NCBI GenBank assembly: GCA_965649055.1
Contig: CBFGJG010000024.1
Span: 1-28,797, forward strand
DNA length: 28,797 nt
Origin: a candidate division WOR-3 bacterium
GTDB taxonomy: Bacteria > Hydrothermota > UBA3072 > B12-G15
Reading direction: 5' to 3'
Within the stretch, counting starts at the first letter, position 1, and every line of letters begins with the position of its first letter. Of the stretch, positions 18,608-26,719 are shown one piece after another. The notes below the pieces were generated by a model that searched no databases, was not told where the DNA came from, and worked only from the letters and a program-made list of their open reading frames with translations. Both the position numbers and the translations under genes were made by a program.

Positions 18608-19915
18608 ATGCATTATATACCTGTTAATGAAAAAGAAAGGGAAGAGATGCTCAAGGTTATTGGAGCATCCATTGAAGAGATATTTTCAACCATACCTGAA
18701 AATGTAAGATTTAAAGGTGAATTACCGGTTCCTGATGGAATCTCGGAGATTGAAGTGAGAAGATTGTTAAAAGAAATAGGAGGTAAAAATAAGGAACTTG
18801 TAATATTTGCGGGTCTTGGTGCTTATGACCATTATATTCCAGCAGTTATAGATACAATAATATCAAGGCCTGAATTTTATACTGCATATACACCTTATCA
18901 ACCTGAAGTGAGCCAGGGGACATTGCAGGCAATATATGAATATCAGTCAATGATATGTGAACTAACAAAGATGGATGTATCCAATGCATCTATCTATGAT
19001 GGTGCAACAGCACTCGCAGAAGCAGTCTGGATGGGAAATGCAATTACGGGAAAAAAGAAAGTCATATTAAGTAAAGGCATCAATCCATTCTATATTGAAG
19101 TAATAAAAACATACTCACAATTTCTTGAACTGGAATTTTTAGAATTAGATGAGAATGGAATGACAATAATTGATGAGAAGAAAATCGACGATAATACTGC
19201 CTGTGTTGTGCTTCAGAATCCGAATTTTCTTGGAATAATTGAAGATGTATTTAAGATTGAAAAAACAGTTCACAGTAAAAACGTTCTCTATATTGTTTCA
19301 TTTGACCCTATCTCTCTTGGAATTCTGATACCACCAGGTGATTACAATGCAGATATTGCAACTGCTGAAGGTCAATCACTCGGGCTTCCATTGAATTTTG
19401 GTGGTCCATACCTTGGGATATTCACAGCAAAGAAGGATTTTATTCGTTTTATGCCTGGAAGGATTATAGGTAAAACTACCGATGCTGAAGGAAAAGAAGG
19501 ATTTGTTATGACATTACAGACAAGGGAACAACATATAAGAAGGGAAAAGGCTACATCAAACATATGCACAAATCAACAATTATGTGCGTTAACAGCAGCT
19601 GTATACCTCGCAATAATGGGTAAACAGGGTATTTATGAGGTTGCCTATCAATCTTTACAGAAGGCACATTATCTTGAAGAAGAACTTTCTATGAGAGGAA
19701 TAAAAAGGGTTTTTAATTCCCCATTTTTCAGGGAATTTGTTGTGAAGGTTCCTGGACTTAATGATAAATATAATAGATGTATCAATGAAGGAATACTTCC
19801 AGGTATAAAGATGGAAAAATTTGTTCCAGAATGGAAAGATTACCTGCTTATAGCAGTAACCGAAAAAAGAAACAAAGAAGAGATTGACAAATTTGTTAAG
19901 TTGTTAACGGAATAA
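18608..19915 (+). CDS. gcvPA: Glycine dehydrogenase (decarboxylating) subunit 1
   Basis: 'EFYTAYTPYQPEVSQGTLQ', 'NASIYDGATA', 'FGGPYLG', 'REQHIRREKATSNICTNQ'. Confidence 0.96.
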   Translation: MHYIPVNEKEREEMLKVIGASIEEIFSTIPENVRFKGELPVPDGISEIEVRRLLKEIGGKNKELVIFAGLGAYDHYIPAVIDTIISRPEFYTAYTPYQPEVSQGTLQAIYEYQSMICELTKMDVSNASIYDGATALAEAVWMGNAITGKKKVILSKGINPFYIEVIKTYSQFLELEFLELDENGMTIIDEKKIDDNTACVVLQNPNFLGIIEDVFKIEKTVHSKNVLYIVSFDPISLGILIPPGDYNADIATAEGQSLGLPLNFGGPYLGIFTAKKDFIRFMPGRIIGKTTDAEGKEGFVMTLQTREQHIRREKATSNICTNQQLCALTAAVYLAIMGKQGIYEVAYQSLQKAHYLEEELSMRGIKRVFNSPFFREFVVKVPGLNDKYNRCINEGILPGIKMEKFVPEWKDYLLIAVTEKRNKEEIDKFVKLLTE

Positions 19916-20325
19916 TAAATGATTTTAAAATTTAGTGCTAAAACTCTGGCAAATTTAACTTATTATTTCAGTAAGTGCAAGTGTTTTAAATATTATAGAA
20001 TTTTATCATCACTAATATAAAAATCTTCTTGAGTAAATAAGCGAGCAATACACATAATTTCTTATCTATCCTTTATAACGATTTTTTGATTTCATCCTCT
20101 AAATTTTTTATCTGAAACAATCTAAAATATTATAATTTTTATTCGATATCCAAGATTCCATATATTTAATAGTTTCATGAATGTGAATTAGCAAAATTTT
20201 TTATATGCTATAATATAAAGATCTAAGTTAATCACCTTTTTAAATCAATCTGAAAATTGTTTTATCCAATTTATAATTGTTTACCGATATCATATCTTTA
20301 TATCTTTTTTTCTTATATTATTGTC

Positions 20326-20351
20326 CCACCATGTGCATGATCTTTTCCAAA
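20326..20351 (+). repeat. 26-bp element, copy 1 (CCACCATGTGCATGATCTTTTCCAAA)
   Basis: Exact reverse complement of 28562-28587. Confidence 0.9.
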
Positions 20352-20368
20352 CAATTTACAAATTTTAC

Positions 20369-20396
20369 TTGACAAAATAATCATTAAATTTATAAT
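20369..20396 (+). promoter_or_regulatory. Consensus sigma70 promoter of the outer-membrane barrel gene
   Basis: TTGACA (20369-20374), 16 bp, TATAAT (20391-20396). AAGGAGG RBS before TTG 20457. Confidence 0.8.
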
Positions 20397-20456
20397 ATAA
20401 TTAAGCTGCCTTGGGACTGTTAAAAAGATTTTAAACAATTAAACAAGGAGGTAATT

Positions 20457-21713
20457 TTGAGAAGATGTTTAATAATTATGTTGTGTATATTTCTTTCTTT
20501 AAATCTTTTAGCTATTGGATTTGATGAATTGGATATAAATGGAGAGATGAGGACTCGTGCATTTTATCTTTATAATTATAAAGCAAACGGTATAAAAGAC
20601 ATTTACTTTATTAATCGCTCACTGATAAAACTATCTTTTAGTCCTGTTGAAGAAACAGAAATAGGGATTCTCTTTGGTTATACAAGATATTTTGGCAAGA
20701 ATAAATGGTATTATCAACAAGCAGAACCTGGACCTTTTGAAAATCTATCAGGAATATTTAATGAAATAGGGTTATATAATGCATATTTTAAAATTCCTCT
20801 ACCTCTCAATGGAAAAGCAACTATTGGGAGACAATTTCTTGGAGATAGGGATGATGCCTTTTTTTTCTATGGACCACAAAGGGGAAGATTCCTTGAAGTT
20901 ACATCTTTGGATGCAATAAAGATTGAATATTTGGTATCCAACTTCAACACTTATTTTGCAGTCGGTAAGAAGAACGAATATAATCTTGATACCCTTTCTA
21001 AAGATATAGACATTGTTGCAATTGGTGTAAAAAATGAAGCCTTACTTAAAAATAACGAGATCTCCCTAAACATGTATTCAAGGATTAAAGAATTTAATGA
21101 CAAACTTTACTTACCTGTAGTAAGGGTTAAAGGTAATTTTATTGAAAAATTAGGGCATGATATAATGTTTGGAATAAACTTTGGTAGTAAAGATACTATA
21201 AATTATACTGGATGGTTGGGAAGGGCAATTTTTAACTTTAAATTTTCCACATTTAAGTTTACAGGTGGATATGTTTATGTCTCTGGAGACACAAATACTG
21301 TTGATGGTAACGATGGTAATTTTAGAAGGATAAGCAGGGATTGTTTTTATAATATGGCTATTTTAACTTATGAATTATTGAATGATGTCCATCCTGAAAA
21401 TGTAACGAATGTAACAATACCATTTGGTGGAATTGATTATTCTCAAGAGATATTAGGCGGAAACTTAAAGTTTACATTAATCGGATGCTATCTGCAGTTT
21501 GCTGTCCCATCAGTGATAGCAGGAACACTTTGTAAAGATAAGGGTAAAGAAGTAAATTTCAGAATAGAATATCAATTCAAAGAGAATCTGACACTTGAAT
21601 TGATTTTAGCAAGATTTATACCTGGTGATCAATTCAAAGCAGCTTTTGGTTCTTCACCTACCTTTGATAAACCATATGACCAAGCTACATTTGATTTTAC
21701 TTTGAATTTCTAA
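20457..21713 (+). CDS. Outer-membrane beta-barrel protein, alginate-export-like porin
   Basis: Signal peptide. 'INGEMRTR', 'IGRQFL...SLDAIK', 'YVSGD', 'GKEVNFRIEYQFKENL...FIPGD'. Amphipathic last strand ending in Phe ('FDFTLNF'). Confidence 0.7.
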   Translation: MRRCLIIMLCIFLSLNLLAIGFDELDINGEMRTRAFYLYNYKANGIKDIYFINRSLIKLSFSPVEETEIGILFGYTRYFGKNKWYYQQAEPGPFENLSGIFNEIGLYNAYFKIPLPLNGKATIGRQFLGDRDDAFFFYGPQRGRFLEVTSLDAIKIEYLVSNFNTYFAVGKKNEYNLDTLSKDIDIVAIGVKNEALLKNNEISLNMYSRIKEFNDKLYLPVVRVKGNFIEKLGHDIMFGINFGSKDTINYTGWLGRAIFNFKFSTFKFTGGYVYVSGDTNTVDGNDGNFRRISRDCFYNMAILTYELLNDVHPENVTNVTIPFGGIDYSQEILGGNLKFTLIGCYLQFAVPSVIAGTLCKDKGKEVNFRIEYQFKENLTLELILARFIPGDQFKAAFGSSPTFDKPYDQATFDFTLNF

Positions 21714-21739
21714 GGGGAGGAATTTTCGCCTCCCCTTTT
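21712..21739 (+). terminator. Intrinsic terminator-like hairpin
   Basis: AAGGGGAGG-AATTTTCG-CCTCCCCTT followed by TTATT, directly at the stop codon. Confidence 0.75.
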
Positions 21740-21756
21740 ATTCAATTGGAGGCACT

Positions 21757-22743
21757 ATGAGAAAGGTAATTTCAATTTTTTTCATATTTTTAACTCTCTT
21801 ACCGGTTGAAAAAGTTTTCAAAGTTGGTGTTATAAGACTTCCAGCACAATATGCAGAGGATATAGAAAAAGGATTAAAAAAACAGCTTGAAATTATGGGT
21901 TTTAAAGAAGGAAAAAATCTTATATACATTTCAAAGATTGGATATCCTGAATATGTAAATTATGGAAAGAATAGGGATATTGCAAAGGAATTCTTAAATG
22001 AAAGTGTTGATGTTATCGTAACAATTGGGACTGGTGCAAGCATCTCAGTTTGGGATATAGTAAAAAATTCAAATATTCCACAGGTTTTTGTTGGTGTTAC
22101 ATACCCAATACAAGGTGGACTCATTGAAAATTTTGATGTTCCTACAAATAAAAATATAACAGGGATAAGCTACGGAGTCTCTCCGGAAACGAGACTTAAG
22201 ATTTTCAGAATATTACTACCAGATACATTAAGGTTTAAAAATCTTGGATTTGTTTATTCTTCAGTGATTGAGCAGGAAACAATATATGTGAATGAATTAA
22301 AAAACTTGAAAAATACATCTGGTTTTAATATCAAGTTTATAGACATTTATAATAAGGAAAAGAAAAAGAACGATTTCAATATTTTAAAAAATTTATCTAC
22401 TTCAATGAATATCGATTTGATTTTTGGGTGGTATTCCCTTGATGAATTATTTACGAAAGAAGATTTAGGGAATGAATTTATTGAGTTTAAAATTCCAATC
22501 ATGGGTATTACAAGCAAACATACAGATATGGGTGCATTAGGAGGTATTCTAACTGACCACATCCATCTTGGTATTGAAACAGCAAAAATTTTAGGACAAA
22601 TATATAATGGTGAATCTATAGAAAACATACCTCCAACAATACCTAAAAACTATATATTTGAAATAAACCTGAAAAAAGCAAAAGAATTGAATATTGATAT
22701 ACCTAAGGAGGCATTGAAATTAGCTCATAGAATAGTCCAGTAG
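21757..22743 (+). CDS. ABC-type substrate-binding protein (ABC_sub_bind-like), no adjacent permease or ATPase
   Basis: N-terminal hydrophobic leader. 'GFKEGKNL', 'VDVIVTIGTGAS', 'IPQVFVGV', 'NITGIS', 'INLKKAKELNIDIP'. Confidence 0.85.
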   Translation: MRKVISIFFIFLTLLPVEKVFKVGVIRLPAQYAEDIEKGLKKQLEIMGFKEGKNLIYISKIGYPEYVNYGKNRDIAKEFLNESVDVIVTIGTGASISVWDIVKNSNIPQVFVGVTYPIQGGLIENFDVPTNKNITGISYGVSPETRLKIFRILLPDTLRFKNLGFVYSSVIEQETIYVNELKNLKNTSGFNIKFIDIYNKEKKKNDFNILKNLSTSMNIDLIFGWYSLDELFTKEDLGNEFIEFKIPIMGITSKHTDMGALGGILTDHIHLGIETAKILGQIYNGESIENIPPTIPKNYIFEINLKKAKELNIDIPKEALKLAHRIVQ

Positions 22744-22746
22744 AGA

Positions 22747-23178
22747 TTATCTTCCGGTTGAGCCAAATCCATTTGAATTCCTTTTAGTGCTTTTAAGTTT
22801 TTTTACTTCTTTAATTTTTACATCATAAACTTTATTTATAACCATCTGTGCAATTCTATCGCCTTTCTTTATCCTGTATCTTTTTTTTGAGAAATTGAAA
22901 AGAATAACATATATCTCACCTCTATAATCTGAATCTATCGTTCCCGGAGAATTTAAGATACCAATCCCGTTCTTAGCAGCAAGCCCACTCCTTGGTCTTA
23001 TCTGTGCTTCATATCCTCTCTTTAGTTCAATAGCTATCCCGGTTGGAATTGGTTTATATTCAAAAGGTTTCAAAACATAATCAATTGACGAGAAAATATC
23101 AAATCCCGAACTCCCGGTTGACCCTTTTTTTGGTAATGGAAGGTCCTTATCAATCCTTAAGACCTTTAAACTTTTCAT
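22747..23178 (-). CDS. dut: dUTP diphosphatase (trimeric dUTPase)
   Basis: 'SGFDI', 'RPRSGLA', 'PGTIDSDYRGE', 'GDRIAQ', 'R..NGFGSTG'. Start set at ATG 23178 after GAGG. Confidence 0.95.
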   Translation of the reverse strand: MKSLKVLRIDKDLPLPKKGSTGSSGFDIFSSIDYVLKPFEYKPIPTGIAIELKRGYEAQIRPRSGLAAKNGIGILNSPGTIDSDYRGEIYVILFNFSKKRYRIKKGDRIAQMVINKVYDVKIKEVKKLKSTKRNSNGFGSTGR

Positions 23179-24355
23179 ATTCCTCAAGACCAGCTTTAAG
23201 AATCCTTATTGCATCCCTAAGGTCATTTTCATTCAAAACGTATGCTATCCTTGCCTCATCCAGGCCTTTATTCGGTGTAGAATAAAACCCGCTTGCAGGT
23301 GCAAGCATTGTTGTCTTACCATCAACATTGAAATCTGTTAACATCCATTTAATAAATTCTTCTGCATCCTTAACCGGCAATTTGACAATATTATAGAATG
23401 CACCTTCAGGCTTTAAATAAAACAAACCTTTTATTTTCTTCAATTCCTCGCATACAATATTTCTTCTTTTCTCATATTCTTTCACAATATCTTCCATAAA
23501 ATTATCAATTTTTTTGAAACCTTCAGCAGCAGCATACTGTTCAAATGTAGGCGGGCATAATCTTGCCTGACCAAATTTAAGAATTGTGCACCACAAATCC
23601 CTATTTTTTGTAACAATAAAACCTATCCTTGCACCACAGGCACTGAATCTTTTTGATATACTATCAACAACAATAACCCTTTCCTGTGCCTCCTTAAATT
23701 GAAGAACCGATGTATGTTTTTTTCTGTCAAATGTAAATTCCCTGTAAACCTCATCTGCAATAACGTATAAGTCATATTCAAGTGCTATATCAACAATGCT
23801 CTTTATTTCATTGTAAGAATAAACTGTTCCTGTAGGGTTATTGGGTGAACATAAAAGGATTGCTTTAGTTTTTGGATTAATATAATGTTTTATTACACCC
23901 GGTTCCTTTATATGGAAATTATCCTCAACATTCAATGTAATAGGAACAAGTTTAACACCGGCCATTTTGGCAAAACCATTATAATTTGTATAAAAAGGCT
24001 CAGGGACAATAATTTCATCCCCATAATCACAAATGCTAAGTATTGCAAAAAGTATTGCTTCACTTCCACCTGTTGTTATAAAAATATTATCTGGTGAAAC
24101 ATCAATTTGATATTTCTTAAAATAATCTGATATTGCGTTTCTTAAAAAAGGTAGTCCTTCAGATGGACCATAAGGAAGAACCTTTTCCTTGAAGTTTTTG
24201 TATCCCTGGAATACTTCAGGTGGTGTTGGTATATCAGGGTCACCAATATTTAAATGGTAAACCTTGATTCCCCTTTCTTTTGCCTTATTTGAATATGGTG
24301 CTAACCTTCTTATTGGCGATGCGGGCATATCAATTCCTCTCTGGGAAATTTTCAT
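23150..24355 (-). CDS. PLP-dependent class I/II aminotransferase (aspartate aminotransferase-like)
   Basis: 'LNIGDPD', 'TTGGSEA', 'SPNNPTG', 'DEVY', PLP lysine in 'SISKRFSACGARIG', C-terminal 'RIAY'. Confidence 0.93.
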   Translation of the reverse strand: MKISQRGIDMPASPIRRLAPYSNKAKERGIKVYHLNIGDPDIPTPPEVFQGYKNFKEKVLPYGPSEGLPFLRNAISDYFKKYQIDVSPDNIFITTGGSEAILFAILSICDYGDEIIVPEPFYTNYNGFAKMAGVKLVPITLNVEDNFHIKEPGVIKHYINPKTKAILLCSPNNPTGTVYSYNEIKSIVDIALEYDLYVIADEVYREFTFDRKKHTSVLQFKEAQERVIVVDSISKRFSACGARIGFIVTKNRDLWCTILKFGQARLCPPTFEQYAAAEGFKKIDNFMEDIVKEYEKRRNIVCEELKKIKGLFYLKPEGAFYNIVKLPVKDAEEFIKWMLTDFNVDGKTTMLAPASGFYSTPNKGLDEARIAYVLNENDLRDAIRILKAGLEEYEKFKGLKD

Positions 24356-25491
24356 TGGACCTCCTTTAAATAGTTTTCTAAACCTAATTTAAGAATTCGA
24401 ATACCTTCTTCCATCTCTGCCTTTTCTAAATTTGAAAAGTTTATCACAAGAAGTTCTTTACCTTTCTCTTTTTCTACAAAGAAATCCGACATTGGCATAG
24501 CAAATGCAGATGAACCATTCTCTTCAAATGAGTTTATCATATAATCTATGAAACTATCAGAGTCACCTGTTGGAATTTTCAATATCATACAAGGTCCGGC
24601 AAAAGGTTTAATAACAGAGATGTCTTTTGAAAGAACTGCTTTGTATATATAGTCTGAATTATCAAATATTTTCTTTCTCAGATTCCCAATCCCGGATATA
24701 AATCTTGAAAGAAATAAATTCCCTGCATTTATCAATTGACTGCTCACAGGATACAATTCATCCCTATATCTTCTTAAGATTTCATATATTTCAGGGTTTG
24801 TTATTACAAAAACAATGTTTTCATCTGAATAAACCTCAATCAATCTATTGATAATAAAAATATTCTGGTGGCCTTTTACAAGCTCAAAAGCTGAACGAAA
24901 AAAAACATTTTCAAATACACTGAAAGAAAATGTTTCATCCAAAATCACCGGTATTCTATATGTATTTGAAAGGAATATTACCCTTTCCATTTCTTCTTCA
25001 GAGTATACATTCCCAGAAAAAAACTGCGGATTGGAAATAAAAAAAAGTTTTACCCTTGGTGTAATCAATGGCTCTATAAAATCCCTTGATGGTATTGAAA
25101 AATTATTATAGTAATATGTCTTAATAACCTTCAATCTAACCTGTGAGATTGCCGAACTTATACTTAAATAATGTAAAATAGGTTCAGGGAGCAATACTTC
25201 ATCGTTTGTATCAAGAAAGGTAAAGAAAATAGTTGATAATGCCGGTATTGTTCCGGGGAAGGCTAAAACCCGGTAACTTTTAGGTATTTTATAAAAATTT
25301 GCAAATTTTTCAGTTAACCCTTCTTCAGTTGTTTCTGTTCTTTCTCCAAGAAGCGAAATATAGGGATTTAACTTAAATAAATTGTAAATTCTTTTTCCTT
25401 TTTTGGTTTTTTCTTCAATTATCCTGTAATAATATCTGAATGAAGGAAAATCAAAAATATTTGCCCTTTTTGAGATTTTACCATTTGACAT
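24352..25491 (-). CDS. Degenerate class I/II aminotransferase homolog lacking the PLP lysine (probable pseudoenzyme)
   Basis: Colinear with the downstream aminotransferase from end to end ('KISKR' vs 'KISQR'; 'GIRILKLGLENY' vs 'AIRILKAGLEEY'), but catalytic motifs are substituted. Confidence 0.75.
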   Translation of the reverse strand: MSNGKISKRANIFDFPSFRYYYRIIEEKTKKGKRIYNLFKLNPYISLLGERTETTEEGLTEKFANFYKIPKSYRVLAFPGTIPALSTIFFTFLDTNDEVLLPEPILHYLSISSAISQVRLKVIKTYYYNNFSIPSRDFIEPLITPRVKLFFISNPQFFSGNVYSEEEMERVIFLSNTYRIPVILDETFSFSVFENVFFRSAFELVKGHQNIFIINRLIEVYSDENIVFVITNPEIYEILRRYRDELYPVSSQLINAGNLFLSRFISGIGNLRKKIFDNSDYIYKAVLSKDISVIKPFAGPCMILKIPTGDSDSFIDYMINSFEENGSSAFAMPMSDFFVEKEKGKELLVINFSNLEKAEMEEGIRILKLGLENYLKEVQ

Positions 25492-26719
25492 TTCTAACTT
25501 TCCCCAACGTTGTAATTGTTAAATCATCAGGATTAAAAAGATATTTATACAGTTCCATAAGGTCATCCAGTTTTACTCTGTTTAATTTTTCGATAAGTTC
25601 ATCAATATCCATTATACTCTCATTATGGAAATATTCCCTTTGATAGAATCCGGCCCTTCTTCCACAATTTTCAAAATCGATCTTAAATCCTTTTGCAATC
25701 CTCGTTTTTGCCTTACTCAACATATCTTCATCAACACTAAACTCAACAAGTATTTTTCTCATCAATTTTACCAGTGTATTAATATTTCTTTCATCTGTCG
25801 CAAGAAAAATCCCTATTTCTCCGGTGTTCTGGAATTGATTTGAATATGTGAATACACTATATACAAGCGGATTCTCTTCCCTTAATTTCAGAAAAAGATA
25901 AGAGCTCATACCATAACCAAGTATTGACATTAAAATAAGTAAAGAATACCTTCTCTCATCATTATATGGAAATCCAATATTTGACGCAGCAAGATAAACC
26001 TGTTCAAGGGCATTTTTGTAAATACATTTGACTTTCTTTTTGTCCCTCTGAATAAAAGTATCCTTATTTACCGTCAATTTTCCCTTCTCGGAAAATGGTA
26101 TCCTGGATAATTCATTTAACAAATCATCAAGACTACAATTACCAACGCAAGTTACAATTATATTTTCCGGAAAATAGAAATTTTCCCAATACTTAATAAC
26201 ATCTTTCAACGAAATTGAATTCACACTTTTTATTGTTCCTTCGATTGGTAATGCAAATGGACTCCCTTTACCGAAAAGCCTCTCTGAATGATACTTCATA
26301 AGCAGGTTTTCCGGAGAATCAAAATAACTTTTTACTTCCTGAATTATAACCTTTTTTTCTTTTTCAAAATCTTCTTCACGAAATGCAGGATTAAAGATTA
26401 AGTCAGTTAAAAGGTCTATACCGGTTGCAAAATCTTCAGAAAGAAGATGTGTATAAAAACAGGTATATTCAGAAGTGGTGAATGCATCAAGACTACCACC
26501 TTTTAATTCGATCTCTTCAGAGATTTCCTTATAAGATCTTTTCTTTGTCCCTTTGAATAGAAGATGTTCAATTAAATGTGATATACCATTATTATTCTGA
26601 TTTTCGTTGATAGAACCCGTTTTTACAAGAAATGATATATCTATAGTTGAAACCTTTTTATCTTCTTCAAAAATCAATATAGAACCACAAGGTAGTTTCT
26701 CTATTTTAACTTTATTCAT
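25478..26719 (-). CDS. M16 (pitrilysin/insulinase) zinc peptidase
   Basis: Inverted zinc motif 'GISHLIEHLLFKGT', 'AFTTSEYT', 'EKKVIIQE', 'GMSSYLFLKLREE..LVYSV'. Confidence 0.92.
   Translation of the reverse strand: MNKVKIEKLPCGSILIFEEDKKVSTIDISFLVKTGSINENQNNNGISHLIEHLLFKGTKKRSYKEISEEIELKGGSLDAFTTSEYTCFYTHLLSEDFATGIDLLTDLIFNPAFREEDFEKEKKVIIQEVKSYFDSPENLLMKYHSERLFGKGSPFALPIEGTIKSVNSISLKDVIKYWENFYFPENIIVTCVGNCSLDDLLNELSRIPFSEKGKLTVNKDTFIQRDKKKVKCIYKNALEQVYLAASNIGFPYNDERRYSLLILMSILGYGMSSYLFLKLREENPLVYSVFTYSNQFQNTGEIGIFLATDERNINTLVKLMRKILVEFSVDEDMLSKAKTRIAKGFKIDFENCGRRAGFYQREYFHNESIMDIDELIEKLNRVKLDDLMELYKYLFNPDDLTITTLGKVRNVKW

Noticed and set aside
20206..20214. Extended -10 TGCTATAAT in the AT-rich gap
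   Set aside because: It has no -35 and could occur by chance in such AT-rich DNA, and a better promoter exists at 20369-20396.
20321..20331. CCACCA at the start of the 26-bp repeat as a tRNA 3' end or att site
   Set aside because: No T-arm (GTTCRA) or cloverleaf lies upstream of either copy, and there is no integrase in the window.
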